Part shown: positions 11,808 through 26,186 of the stretch, piece by piece
Numbering within the stretch: the stretch's first letter is position 1
Layout of the letters: the number at the start of each line of letters is the position of its first letter
Assembly (NCBI GenBank): GCA_044892525.1
Contig: CM097885.1
Location: 2,296,001 to 2,360,000 of the forward strand
Source of the DNA: Schmidtea polychroa
Lineage: Eukaryota
Length of the DNA stretch: 64,000 nt
Direction of reading: 5' to 3'
The notes under the pieces: model-generated
The model's database searches: none
What the model saw: only the letters and a program-made list of their open reading frames with translations
Told to the model about the DNA's origin: nothing
Made by a program: the position numbers and the translations under genes

Positions 11808-13027
11808 TTTGTGGTAAATCTGAATTATGCATATTTGATAGACCATCGCCCCAGGCTGTAATAGAATTTGGGGCATTTGAGGAAGTTTTTCCTATGAATT
11901 CAATTACCGATAGTAGAAATGATGTAGAATTTTACATCAATGGTTCTCAAACAGAATATTTAGATTTGAATGATACTTTATTGACTGTTCAAATCAAGGT
12001 TATAGATAAAGATAAAAAGGCTTTGGGTGATGCTGATGCTACAATACCTAATAATTTTTTGTTTCATACACTTTTTAAAGATGCTATTCTTGGATTTAAT
12101 AATATCAAGATTGAAGGTGGCAACAATACATATATCCACAAGGCGATAATAGAAACTATTTTAAATTATAATACCGACACCAAAAATACATGTCTTACTC
12201 CTATGGGTTATGCAGCAAGTGATGACGAACGGAAAAAATGGATTAAAGGCTCAAAGATTTTCACCATGTGTTCATCATTACAACTCGATTTTATGGATCA
12301 ACCGAAATATTTGCTTCCAGGAGTTAATGTCCACATTCGATTGAAAAGATCCGATTCTGCATTAACTCTTACTAGTGCTACAGGTGCACCAATATGTCAA
12401 TTAGTTGATGCAAAATTATTAGTGAGAAGAGTTCGAGTAGACCCATCAGTATTAGCGGGTCATCAATTAGGTCTTAATTCGAAACATGCAATTTATCCAT
12501 TAAAAACAAAGGAAATTGTACAATTTGCAATTGCTAAAGGTGCTTCATCATTCTATAAAGAACAGATATTTGGTGATAGAAGAATGCCTAATTTTATTCT
12601 GGTAACATTTCAAAGTGAAGCACAATATAATGGATCATATACTGCTTCCAGCTCAATTTTCAAAAACTTTGCTGTTACTTCATTAACTCTGTCGAAAAAT
12701 ACTGATTATCGAGAAACATATACTCAAGATTTCGACACTGATAATTACTGTTCTACATATATGCAAAGTATTGTTAGAAATCTGGGATATTTAGATAAAA
12801 ATTTGAATTGTGGAATAACTCTTGAAGAATTCAAAACAAAATACCCATTTTTCACATTTGTTTTAGCCCCTGATTTTGATTTAAATCAGAGTCAATTACC
12901 ACAAAACGGTAATTTACGATTGGATATAAAGTTTGCGAGAGCCATTACAGAACCTGTGCATGTTATAATATATGGAGTATTTGAAAATGAAGTTCAAATT
13001 ACTGCAAACAGGACCGTGCTGGTATAA
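11804..13027 (+). CDS. Major capsid protein (double jelly-roll, PY/hexon-like)
   Basis: 407 aa with KSELCIF, EYLDLNDTLL, DFMDQPKYLLPGV and GNLRLDIKF motifs; lies upstream of the protease. Confidence 0.9.
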   Translation: MICGKSELCIFDRPSPQAVIEFGAFEEVFPMNSITDSRNDVEFYINGSQTEYLDLNDTLLTVQIKVIDKDKKALGDADATIPNNFLFHTLFKDAILGFNNIKIEGGNNTYIHKAIIETILNYNTDTKNTCLTPMGYAASDDERKKWIKGSKIFTMCSSLQLDFMDQPKYLLPGVNVHIRLKRSDSALTLTSATGAPICQLVDAKLLVRRVRVDPSVLAGHQLGLNSKHAIYPLKTKEIVQFAIAKGASSFYKEQIFGDRRMPNFILVTFQSEAQYNGSYTASSSIFKNFAVTSLTLSKNTDYRETYTQDFDTDNYCSTYMQSIVRNLGYLDKNLNCGITLEEFKTKYPFFTFVLAPDFDLNQSQLPQNGNLRLDIKFARAITEPVHVIIYGVFENEVQITANRTVLV

Positions 13028-13054
13028 ATGTATACAGAAATACAGAAAGTTGTC

Positions 13055-13430
13055 ATGGAGTAAGTTGTTTTTATACTGTTTAATTTATTAAAATAGTTCT
13101 GTTCAGGTTAATCGAATTGGAAAACAAATATTAGGAAATGAATTTTTAGGAGTTTTTCCTCTCGATAAAATACCATTTTTGAAAAATAATCAAGCCATAA
13201 TCGTCAATACCCATTCATCTCATCTTGGCGGAGAGCATTGGATTGCAATCTATGTAAAACCAGATAAGATACATGTATTCGATCCTATGGGTTTCTATTA
13301 TCCTGCTTTATTGGTTTCGAAACTACAAACAATGGGCAAACCTATTGTATATAATAAAACAATGTATCAACACCCTTTAACTCGTACGTGCGGACAACAT
13401 TGTTTAGGATGGCTTATGTCTATTAAATAA
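13055..13430 (+). CDS. Adenain-like cysteine protease, 2 exons (13055-13059, 13097-13430)
   Basis: GEHWIA, FDPMG and Q..TCGQHC motifs. A 37-nt intron (gtaagt...ag) after ATG GA gives MDSVQVNRIG...FLGVFPLD. Confidence 0.9.
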
Positions 13431-13674
13431 TAAATGTTTTTATAAAAATATGTTTTTATTATTTTATAATTATTATTATGTTTTGTTATTATTATTATTA
13501 TTATTATTATGTTTTATTATTTTTATAATTATTATTATGTTTTATATTATTACAATAATAACAAAGTCCGTCATGAACGGTGCATGCTCCGTGCATGATT
13601 AACAAAGGCATATTATTACGTTATAAACAATTGTAATACAAATTTCATCATAATTATTTTATTACAATTTTAAA

Positions 13675-14304
13675 ATGTCATCAATTAATACTAAAATCAA
13701 TGTGGTTCTTTCGAGAAATGGTAAGGATTTTTATTTATTTATTTATATTAAATAATTAAATTTACAATTAGAAACTCGTACCGTTAACTCGTCAGTCTTC
13801 AATAGGCGATTAGGTTCTGGAAATGATGGAAATGGTATATTTATAATTATTATAAATACTTTAATTATTATTATTATCTTTATTATTTAGACAATTATTT
13901 TGGTGATTGGGCCGCAATTACCGAAAATGACGACATATTAGATATTTCAAACATATTCCAAAATGGTAATTTATTAGTTTAATTAAAATTGTATTACCAT
14001 TAACATTTTAGAATCTTCTGTTTCTCATAACAAGAATTTTCCAATAATAAATGCCGCAGTAGTGGATACCTCCGTTGCGTATAATTTGAATGCTCCCATC
14101 CCTATTGGGGACTCAGTTTCGAATAACGAATCAAAATGTATGTTTCATTTTATTAATATATAGTTTTTAATTAATTAATAACTTAATAATAATATAGATT
14201 TTATGTAAATATAATGTAAATATAACTTTATGTAAATTATTTCAGTTATCATTAAAATAGTAATTGTAATAGTAATAATTATAATAGTAATTGTAATAGT
14301 AGTA

Positions 14305-14373
<69 letters not shown>

Positions 14374-17300
14374 TTAATAACTTAGCATTATTTAACATTA
14401 ACTAATTATTTTATAGTTGATAATATTATAGACAAATTTTAAATGAAAGATTAAATTACATTTATTATTATTATTATTATTATTAAATAAATAATACATT
14501 TTCATTCAATAAATAATTATTTAACTTTTATTAGGCAAATTTTATCCTAAATATTGTAATTCGTCTATGGGTCATGACAATAAATGCCACAAAAATATGA
14601 AGAAATATTATCGCCAACCTTTTAATGGCATCAACTTTTTTATTTGCCCCATATGCAAAACTTCCCAGAGTGTAAGGTATAAGGAATTTTATAGTCAACA
14701 TTCTCAGCACTTAAATTCTTTCAAAACAAATAAACAAGAACTGTTTAAAATAATAAATAAGAATAACATTGAAATTGTAAATATTTTAAATAATAACACA
14801 AAAAAGAAATCTAATAAAAGACCTGCTGAACATAGGGTGTCTAAAATTAAAAATAAAATTATAAAAACTGAAGTTATTGAGATCAGTGACGACGAAATTA
14901 TTAAAAATGAAGTCATTCTACTCAGTGATGACGAATGTAATAATATTACATATACTATAAATCATGATATTATAAATGATAATATTGATACTATAAATGC
15001 TATAAATGAAAATATAAATAATGATAATACTATAAATACTATAAATCAAATAGGTGGATCATCTTTAGCGATTGAGCCGATAATAGAATCAAATTTAAAT
15101 GGCGCCATTCGAACTATTCGATTTAATATTGCCGATTCACAATTAATTAAAATTATAATAACGGATAAAATCACTGAAAAGTTAACATCTGAAATAAATA
15201 ACATGGGTAGCGTCAAAATTCAATTCGCTATTCTTATAAGATTTGAAAAAGATGGGGAAATCCGTGACAACTACTTTTCAAATAACGCCGAGATCTTTTC
15301 GGATAACTTTTTAATTGAGGGAGTTAATAAGTTAAACGAAAAAATTGAAAAGTTTACCTATTTAGGTAGTGGCTGGAGAGTAATTAATATCTTAGAGATT
15401 GATTTCATTCTGACTAAATTTGCTCCTATTTGTCGCCTATCTGGTCATAGTTACATTCGTACACCCGCAGATTTGAAATCTAAAGGAGCAATTATTAATG
15501 TTAAAAATAAGGATCATAAGTGTTTCCTTTATAGTATTCTCGCGCTCTTGAAAAAGATGAAATAGGTAGCCACCCTGAAAGAGTTTCAAAATATGAAAAT
15601 CTTTTAAATATTCTTAATTACAATGAAGTCACGGATTGTCCGATGAAATTGTGTAATATACCTAAATTCGAAAAGAAAAATTTAGACTTAAATCTTGCCA
15701 TAAATGTTCTGGCTTATACCCCTACTGTGATAGTTGATGATGATCAGGTTCCTAATGACTATGTTTTTAAACACCCCCACTTAAGTATAATTCACAGATC
15801 AACGGTTACTATCGGTACTCCAATTTATTTATTACTCTTGGAAAATAAGGATAATTATCATTACACCGCAGTGACCAACATTACACGTTTAATGAACTGC
15901 CATCGTAATAATGACTGTAGTATTCAAATAAGATGCAAATGGTGCCCACATTGTCTTAACGGTTTTCGATTAGACAATGCTTTCACTAAACATGTGGCCC
16001 TATGCAGTAAAAATCAAACGGGTACAACCCTTTACACTTTACCCGAAAATAAATATTTAGAGTTTCAAAATCATTCAAAGAGAATCACCCCACCCTTTGT
16101 TATTTATGCCGATTTTGAATCGGTTTTACCTAAAGATGTTAAACATCATCAAATACATTTACCTATTTCAGCAGGTCTTTTATTAATAAATAATCTTAAC
16201 AATAGAAAATCGTATTACGAGTTTTATGGTCTTGATTGTATACCTCAATTTCTTAAAAAAGTAGAGGAAATTGCTGTCACAATTGTCCTACCTTATTATG
16301 AGCTTGAAGTGAAAAAACGGTTAAGACCTATGACTTTTGCTGAGGAACGACAATTCAAATCTTGTAGGAACTGCTATCTTTGCAAGAAGGTTTTATCCCT
16401 TGCTGTTCGAGATCATGACCATTTTACTGGTAATTATCTCGGTGCAGCCTGTAGGAAATGTAATATGGCTCGCAGAATTTATAAACAGCTGCCGATTGTA
16501 TTTCATAATTTACGAGGCTACGACTTACACCATATTTTAAAATATGGTCTCAATGGCTTTCCTTCTTGGAATTTGAATATAATACCCACAAGCACAGAGA
16601 AATTTATCTCGATGATTGTTCACATTAAAAAATTAGCTGTTCGTTTTATCGACAGCATACAATTTGTTAATTGTTCTTTGGCTAAGGCTGTAAAAACTCT
16701 AACTGATCTTCCTTTGACTTCGTCGGTTTTTGATAGGCTAATAATAGATGCTAAAGCCATATTTCCTTATGATTATGCGACTGATTTGGATGTACTTGAA
16801 ACCACTTATGAATTGCCTCCTATTTGGTCTGGTGTTACTGAAGATGAGTATGCTAAGGCTCAACTTATTTGGACTCAACAACGTTGTACTAAATTGACTG
16901 ACTATATGTTAACTTATCAAAAATTGGATGTATTCCTCCTTGCGGACTATTTCCAACAATTTCGTGCCAAGGCCATTGCATACAATGGTCTAGAACCTCT
17001 AAACTTTTATGGTATTCCGGGTATGTCATGGGCCTCAGCGCTTATGACATTAACTGAGCCTATAGAACTTTTACAGGACATGGAAATGTTCAATTTTTAC
17101 GAAGGAGGAATACGTGGTGGGTTAACATTTGTTAACAAACATTACGTTGCTGCTTCTGATAATACAGAATTATTATATATTGATATAAATAATCTGTATG
17201 GTTGGGCTCTTAGCCAAAATCTTCCTTTTGCTGATTTCACTTGGGTGTATGATGGATTGAATGATGTATTGCTTGAGTGCATGAATGCTGACATTGAAAT

Positions 17301-18468
17301 CCTTCCCTATGGTTATACCATAGAAGTGGATATAGATATTCCAGAAATTTTTCATGATTTCTTAAATGACTTTCCTCTTGCTCCTGAGAAAATGTGCCCG
17401 CCTGGTTCGAAAGTTGAGAAGTTGATGCTCACGCATTGGCCAAAGAAGAACCATGTTCTTCATTGGAGGCTTCTCAAGCTTTATTTGTCTCTTGGTGCCA
17501 AAGTTGTACACATCCATAGAGCTACAAAATTCAAGCAAGCACCGATTTTTAAAAATTATATAAATAAAAATACACAGCTAAGAGCTGAAGCAAGCAGTGA
17601 ACTGTACAGAGATTTATTCAAATTGTATAATAATAGCTTGTATGGTAAATCCGTTGAAAACCTTAAGAAGAGATTAAATTTACGACTATGTAATTCCGCG
17701 GAAAAATTAATTACATATTCATCAAAACCATCATTTAGAAAAACCATCAAAATTGATGATGATCTTTTTGGTGTACATCTCAATAAGGAGTCTATATGTT
17801 TGGATAGACCCAGCTACATCGGACAATCAGTGCTGGATTTATCCAAACTAAGGATGTATCAATTACAGTACATAGAATTATCAAAATATAGGAGTCAGTT
17901 TAACTGTGATATAAATATAGTTGCGGGTGATACCGATAGTTTCTTCTTAGAGGTCAAAAATGTAAAGCTTGACGTTCTTTTGCCAGCGATGATTTCGGAT
18001 GACTTGTTAGACACATCAAATTATGATCCCTCTCATCCTTTATATTCTAGGAGACTCGACTCAGTTATAGGAAAGTTTAAGGATGAGAGTAAGGGTGTAG
18101 GATATAGTGAGTGGGTTTTCTTGCGACCAAAGTGCTACAGTCTTTTAGGAAATAAATCTACTATGAGAGCTAAGGGCGTAAAATTACCAGGTACAGATAT
18201 AAAACATCACTCTTATTTAGACTGTTACAACAACAACACAGTTATTTCTGTACCTCAGACTAGAATAGGAACCCGAAATCATCAGCTTTTTACCTTTAAA
18301 AACTCAAAGATTGCTTTAACTAATCATGATGATAAAAGAGCTTGGGTAGAGAAAAACTCTAGTTTTGCATATGGTCATTATTTAGGGGTTGATGTCATTG
18401 ATAATGACGATAATGATATTCAATCAGGAGCAGATCCCGATCTCATCAATCAACATCTACAAGATTAA
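13675..18468 (+). CDS. Protein-primed DNA polymerase B; predicted 5 exons (13675-13720, 13772-13834, 13891-13965, 14012-14137, 14535-18468); one frameshift at ~15551
   Basis: Exo motifs YADFES, FHNLRGYD and YQKLDV; Pol motifs DINNLYG, KLYNNSLYGK and GDTDS; HNH/EndoVII-like insert DHDHFTG..AACRKCN. ORFs 14567-15565 and 15643-18468 join if one A is added to the run at 15551. Confidence 0.93.
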
Positions 18469-18841
18469 TTTAATTCTGTGATCGGACTTGTTTGAATTTT
18501 TGTAAAATAGAAATTATTGTAAAGTCTCTTTTTCGTTTTATAATTATCGGTTTTATTTCTTTGATTTTTTTTTTTTTTTTTTTTTAATAATTTGATGTGT
18601 AAAAGTATTTTATTAGAATGTAGTTTGTTAATAAAAATAATAATAAAAATAATAATACTTACTATATTGTGCACAAACATTATATCTTCAAATATATAAC
18701 CATTGGATAGAGCTCTTCAAGACCTTTTTAATGAACCATTATTCAATAAAATCTATCGAAGATAATCCTTAAAATTACCATTATTGATTTTAAATTATTT
18801 TCTTGTTTAATAAATGAGTTGTTTTAATGTATCTTTTATAA

Positions 18842-19399
18842 ATGTGTGCAGAATATAAGTATTTTCATAAATTTATTAAGAAATTACTGATGACCACGAG
18901 ATCATTCAAGTTTTTAAACTACACCGTTGAAGATTTTATGAACAATTATGATACTCTCACTGAAAAGGAAACCATAAAAATTTTAGAAATTTTCAAACAT
19001 TCCTCCATTGGATATTTGATTGATTTATTTAATTACAATAAATGCATTTTGAAGTTATCGATTTATTTGATGCATTTAGACAAAGCAATAGTAGATAATG
19101 ATTCATTGAATGAATGCTTTTGGAATTGTATGGATTTAAGGCTGGAACCAGGATATAGTAGTAGATTGATTTATGAATGGATATCGAAATCCGAATTGAT
19201 TGAAAATAAGCTAAGGAAAAAACTCAATGATGGTAGGAAAATGTATTTAACTTGTTACATTTGTAAAGAAAATCAAGTATCGGTTTTGTTTTTACCTTGC
19301 GGACATGTAATTGTATGTTCTAAATGCCATGATTCAAATGTTCGCAAATGTAAAGCATGTTCAATGTATATTAATGAGTATCATACTATATACATTTAA
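18842..19399 (+). CDS. IAP-type C3HC4 RING finger protein
   Basis: C-terminal CYICKENQVSVLFLPCGHVIVCSKC....KCKAC; no BIR motif is recognisable. Confidence 0.85.
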   Translation: MCAEYKYFHKFIKKLLMTTRSFKFLNYTVEDFMNNYDTLTEKETIKILEIFKHSSIGYLIDLFNYNKCILKLSIYLMHLDKAIVDNDSLNECFWNCMDLRLEPGYSSRLIYEWISKSELIENKLRKKLNDGRKMYLTCYICKENQVSVLFLPCGHVIVCSKCHDSNVRKCKACSMYINEYHTIYI

Positions 19400-19438
19400 T
19401 AAACATTTATTTCTTTACCTTTGTTATTAATACTCAAA

Positions 19439-20488
19439 ATAATATTCAAACTAAACCAAATTTACAAACTACCGCGCCAGCCCCTTCGGGGCGGGCGGCG
19501 GGCGGCGGACGGGCGGCGGTTGTGTATGTCGATGATTTTAATTTTTATTAAATGCATTTGTCTGATTTCAGAATTAGATTTGTGTGACGAACCTTGTTAA
19601 ATTTTTGGTTTGATGTATTCGAGGAAAAAAAAAAAAATTTGTAAAACATTCTTTTACTATTTAGTTGGAAAATTTGGGAAAATAGTTTTGAAAACTTTTT
19701 AAAATTTGAAAAATTTTGAGTTGGGAAATTTGGGGAATTTCATTTTTGGGACTTTTTAATTTTTGAAAAAAATTTGAGTTGGGAAAATTGTTTTTGGGAA
19801 TTTTTAAAATTTGGGAAATTTTTGAGTTGGGAAATTTATTTTGGGGATTGAAAATTTGTTGAAATGATCAATTTACAGTTTGAATAAAAATCAAAGTTTT
19901 TGACACTTGAGGGTAAGGACTCACCATACATCTTTGAAGGTTTGACCATCACACTCTACTCTCAAATACCTTTTGAATGATGTATATATATTATAAAGTT
20001 TGAAAAAATTCGAAATTTTTTGACCCTTTGAAGGTGAAGGACTCACCATACACCTTTGATTGTATGACCATCATACTCACATCTCAATTACCTTTTGAAT
20101 GACATGTATTATAGAGTTTGAAAAAATTCGAGGGTTTTGCACCTTTTGAAGGTTAGGGATTCACCATACACCTTTGAAGGTATGATCATTGTACTCTACT
20201 CTCAAATATCTTTTGAATGATGTATATATTATAGGGATACATGTTAAAAATAACTTGACCTACATATTTTTTATAAACTATATAGTCGTGACCTACTTAA
20301 TTTGACTTATTTATTTATATAGTGTCCTGGAGGTAACATATATTTAAAGTAACTTGACCTACATATTTTAATACCTATATAGTCGTGACCTACATAATTT
20401 TAACTTGATCTACTTAATTTTAACTTGACCTACTTATATATATGTGTCCTGGAGGTGACATGTCCTGGAGGTGACACATCTTACTACT
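19439..20488 (-). repeat. Right TIR of Polinton-1
   Basis: Reverse complement of 1938-~2987. Confidence 0.95.
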
Positions 20489-20857
20489 AATGATATAATA
20501 TCAAATAAAAAGCAGTTGCATAAATCCAACTCAAATTTGCAGTATTTTTATTAAAACGTTTAAAAATTAAAAATATTTTCTGTTGGTTATTTTAAAATAA
20601 TATATGCAACTTATATTATAAATTACTTTTTTTTATTCAAAAATTTTATGCCCAATGTCTTATTCCATTTGGAACCTGGTGTGTGACCCGAAAATTATAA
20701 TTTTGATTAATTCTTGAAGAATTTGGCCCTAAAGAGAAAAGGTTTGATAACCCCTGCCCTAGAGCTATGACGCTAGATCATCGGGCCGGAAAACTGGCTT
20801 CTCGGACATATATGCCTAATTTTGAAACCGGTTTACCAGCTTGTCGGGCTAAAAGGG

Positions 20858-22300
20858 TTAATGAGCATTGTAGAGATTCATTTATTAATTTATTTTGAAT
20901 CAATTTTTATTGTTGCTCATGATTTTGATTTCAAATATTTTGAAATTTTTACTTTTTCATTTTATATTCAAAATATTTATTTTCTATTTGGAAACATTTT
21001 TAATTTTTATTTTCTTTCCAATAAGTGAAATTTTTGCATTTTAATTTCCCTTCAATTGTTACGCTACTTCGTTTACAACCCGCTTTTTAAGGTCAAGTCA
21101 CAATTATTGATTTTCACGCTTATTGATTGTCGGGATCATTGATTTTAATTTTTTTTATTGATTTAAAAGTGTAATTATTGATGTTAAAGAGGAATTTTAT
21201 TTTTTTGTTTTATCTCACTTCAGTACAGGGTTTGATATTTTAGAAGTATTATTTCGAAATAAATATACCCAATGACGTCACCTATATCTTTGCTGACCAC
21301 AACATTTTTGTATCTCTTCAAGATTTTTCTGTCAAAAAATTAAAATTTTTCAAAAGAAAAATCTTGACTAAAAAAAGTATCTTTGAGATATTTGGAAACT
21401 TTCTTTTCGTAAAATATGGAGAGTTAGAAGCCCTACAACTTTACTAACCATGATTTGTTGAAATGTTTATTGGAAAATGGTCAAAAATACAAAATAACAA
21501 ATATTTTGTACCTTAAATGGCGCCAGGTTCCTGGAACCTTATCATGCAAAAGGCTCTAAATTTTCCTTTGTAAAATGTTAGAGTTTTGAAAGAAATACAT
21601 TTTTGTCAAAGAAAGCACTTTCATAATTTTTGAAAAGAAGGTTAAAATCACGTTCGGAACTCAGTATAATTTAAATTTTTTAAGTCCTGCCATATGAGTT
21701 ATCAAGCTACTCTCCTTTCAAGGTCAAATTTTTTTATTGATATAAAAGTGCATTTATCAATTTTTTTGACTAGTCAGAGGTGTTTTTGGTTATCGAGCTA
21801 CTCTCCTTTTAAGGTCAAATTTTTTTATTGATATAAAAGTGCATTTATTGATCTTTAAGTGCAATTTAACTATAGTTAGAGGTGTTTTTGGTTATTCCTT
21901 ATATTGAGACTATATTTTGTCCAGACATACTACACTATAAAAATGTATTCTTTGACTACAAATAAGAATTCCTACAAAAATTGTTGAAAAGATTTCTTTT
22001 CGATAGACTTTTTTCATTTTAAGCAACATTTTTGGTAACATTAGGAACGCGACATAATTTTTCGAGACATCCTTCTTCATTAATTTGCATCTTGATTCAG
22101 CTATGAAAATTCCTTGATAACATTCTCAAAATATTGAAATATTTCAATGAAAATTTAAACTTTCCTTATTAGTTTTCAATGGAGATGTTGAATCTTTGTT
22201 CAAATGTCTAAGATTATTGTGCGAAATATGAATTTTTGTTTAAATAGACTCATTTTTTTAATATATAGAGCCCATATGAATAGAGATGTTAATACCAATA
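20858..22300 (+). repeat. Paralogous block of the TRAF segmental duplication (matches ~45950-46180 and ~46970-48080)
   Basis: Long near-identical stretches, e.g. ttttaaggtcaagtcacaattattgattttcacgc at ~21086 and ~46974. Inverted fragments at ~50070-50190 suggest part of it is also an interspersed repeat. Confidence 0.85.
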
Positions 22301-22603
22301 TTGTTTATTATTATAATTACTATTTATTTTTAAATTATTATTTATATTTTTTATTGAACGAAATATCTCATTGGAAATATATTGATAAAACTTGTATTAT
22401 CGATATATGAAGAACATCGAAATCTTTACTGATTCATTTCATTTTTAATACATATAAATGTCGATTGAAAGGAAATCAGATGAGAAAATAATTATATTTA
22501 ATTTTATATTTATTTAATTTTTTTAGGTTATTTTAAATTTATTAATTAAATATTATTTTTAAATTAATATTTATTTATATTTTATAAAATTAATATTCAT
22601 TGA

Positions 22604-23220
22604 CAGGCCCCAGTAGACGGGGGGTCAGGGGTCTTTTGACATGGGCCTCTTAATTTAGCGGGCCCCAAACAGCACTATTTTGATACTAGACCAAACGATC
22701 AACGAGTTGATTTTGCACTTTTACGTATGGCAAAAAAAGTTTTCTTAAGATAAAATCTAATTTAACTATAGAAGGCCTTATTTTTGGTGTAATTTTCACT
22801 TTTCCTCAGATTTTCATTTTATACTGCAAGTGCACAAATAACTGCTGATATGATTTCAAAATTATTACAGATTATTAGGCTTTGAGTTATTACAGGAGTT
22901 CAAATTATTATATAAAAGTTTATTAGTAGCTAAAAGTTTAATTATTATTAAATTATAAAGTTAAATGTTAGTGTTTTAATATTTTTGATAATTGAACTCT
23001 ATAATTGGATTTTTTACAACTATATAAATAAAATTGGGAAAACGGGTAATTTTTTTTGTTTAGCTTTGATATTTGATAATAAACAAAAATAAATAAATTA
23101 TGGCGGTAATTAAAACATGAAGAGGACCTATGGAAGTGGTGCTAGCAAAAGACAAAACAAAAAACTTAGGGGCCACATACGATTCAGACCTGGGCCTCCA
23201 AGTGTCTCCAACAGGGTCTG
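22604..23220. mobile_element. hAT (Tip100-like) non-autonomous element, 617 bp
   Basis: Ends CAGGCCC...GGGTCTG with 8-bp TSD TTCATTGA (22596-22603, 23221-23228). Internal MKRTYGSGASKRQ resembles a transposase N-terminus. Confidence 0.8.
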
Positions 23221-25281
23221 TTCATTGATATTTCTGCACAAAGGAATTTTTTATATTTTGAATAATGATAGAAAATAGCCTATAAAATCTAAAAATTATC
23301 ATTAATAAATTACAATCACTTACTTTAATGTAATTTACAATAAAACACATTCTTTTGAAAAAAAGTAAAATTCCCTACAAATTTGTCATAAATTATGATT
23401 AAAATACCCTGTAAAAAGGAAAAATTAACTATAAATATCCCTTTTGGTATCAAAATAATTTACAATAAATAGACAAATTGTTTAATACTTTATTATGATA
23501 ACACTGAAGAGCTCCTGTAAATAAACTCAAAATTTAGAAAGTAATAACGAAGTGTAAAATTGAGATTTTCTATGAAATTTTATAGATTTTCAATATTTCA
23601 TAAGCTATTGATTTATTGATATATTGATATATTGATTTATCGATTTATTGATATATTGATATATTGATTTATTGATTTACATTGCTGTTTCAAATTGTTG
23701 AAAATGAAATCTGATTTTATTCATTTTCTGCTTATATTATTGGTTCAAAATAAGATTTGTTTTATTTACTACATTTTTCATTTACCAAATAAGGCAACCT
23801 TATCAATAAAAAAACGACATCTCAAATTTTTATAAAAGTTTTAGATTGGCTTTGTCTATTTTGACAGAATTTCAGTTTTCTAAGATATTTATTTGATGGA
23901 AATTTAATTACATTCACAATCATTTATTATTTTTAAAAAATTATTAAGCGGCCGTGCGGGCACATGGTTTTTGTCACCTTAAAGGTTAGTGTTCCTATCA
24001 ATCGATTATATTATGCGATAGCTCAATTTGAAGCCCAGTGCAAGACCTTTTAATAAGCAATAGATATCAAAATTAACATCAGTAGTTTTAATTTAAACTC
24101 TCTTAGTTTAAACTCTTTTTTGCTTAAATTTGATTAATTGCTTCACATGGCAAACACGTGTGGACCGATTCTCGTGCTTGTTAATTATGGTTTGTTGGAT
24201 TGTTTGTTTAGAGGAGTATCATAAATGACTTATAAATGATATCTGGGCACATTTCATCTCTTACTGCCAGCTGGACGCAGCCAACTAAGCCTGACCTCTC
24301 GACCTGATCTTGTGGCTGCTATTTATGAGGTGTACCTAATGTAACCAAATCCAAAGGAACAATAGAAAAATAAAAATACATTTACTAATAAAATATTCGT
24401 TGTTAATGATTTTTGACATTGTTCAGTTAAAACTATGAGCATAGATTGTTTTTAAATAATCTTGGCCATTTTATCCCATTGCTCGCCATATTAGATCTCG
24501 ATCCATGTTTCTGTTATCCTGCAATTCTAGTGTTTTGACGATCTTTTCTATCGTTTTATTAATCTAGTTTGAACCTATTTTTAAATTTCCTTATCCAATT
24601 GTGGGCCACTCCCAACCTTTATAACCTTGACGATATCATTAGATTGACTGCCACAACCTTACAACTTCTAAATAATTCAAAATATTACATTCTTAATATT
24701 TACAACTTCCCAAGTTGCTCTAATAATTTTGAATTTCTTAAATCTCTTCAAAAAAATATTCAAATTTCAGATTAAAATCTTTTTGAAAATTTGCATTTTC
24801 ATATTAAAAAATATTTTCAATTACATTTCTCAAAAATTTATACGCTGTTTTCAAATATTGATTTAAATAATTTTTTAAAATTTTAAAAAATATTAATTTT
24901 GTTTTTTTACAAAAATTTTGGAAATTAAGTTACAAATAAATTCGGAAAACACTGACAAATTAACATTATTCTTAAACCCAATATTTATAAAATATTTCTT
25001 TATCTACATCAAAAACAAATGTAAATATTGAAATTTCAAAAGTAAGAGGAAATAATTATTATTTATAATTATGATTTATGAATGTTGAAAACCTTTGAAA
25101 TATTTAATTGATTATTTTCATAATTATTGATTTGAAACTTATTCGAGTCTGATAAAATATTTCGATTTTTAACAATTTCACATATTAAGTTTATTGATTT
25201 ATCTATTTTACTATATTCTAATTTCTGGATCATTGAAATATCCAGTTATCAGATCGTGGATCATTCCCAACATTTATAACC

Positions 25282-26084
<803 letters not shown>

Positions 26085-26186
26085 AATAGTCTAAAGAATA
26101 CTTTACAATAACAACGTAAAATAAATGATACAAATAAGAACTAAAACAATAATTACATTAAATAAAATTTTATTTCAATACAAAAT

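Noticed and set aside
15545..15565. Programmed ribosomal frameshift in pPolB
   Set aside because: The homologous region in Polinton-2 is a continuous frame; a homopolymer indel is the simpler explanation.
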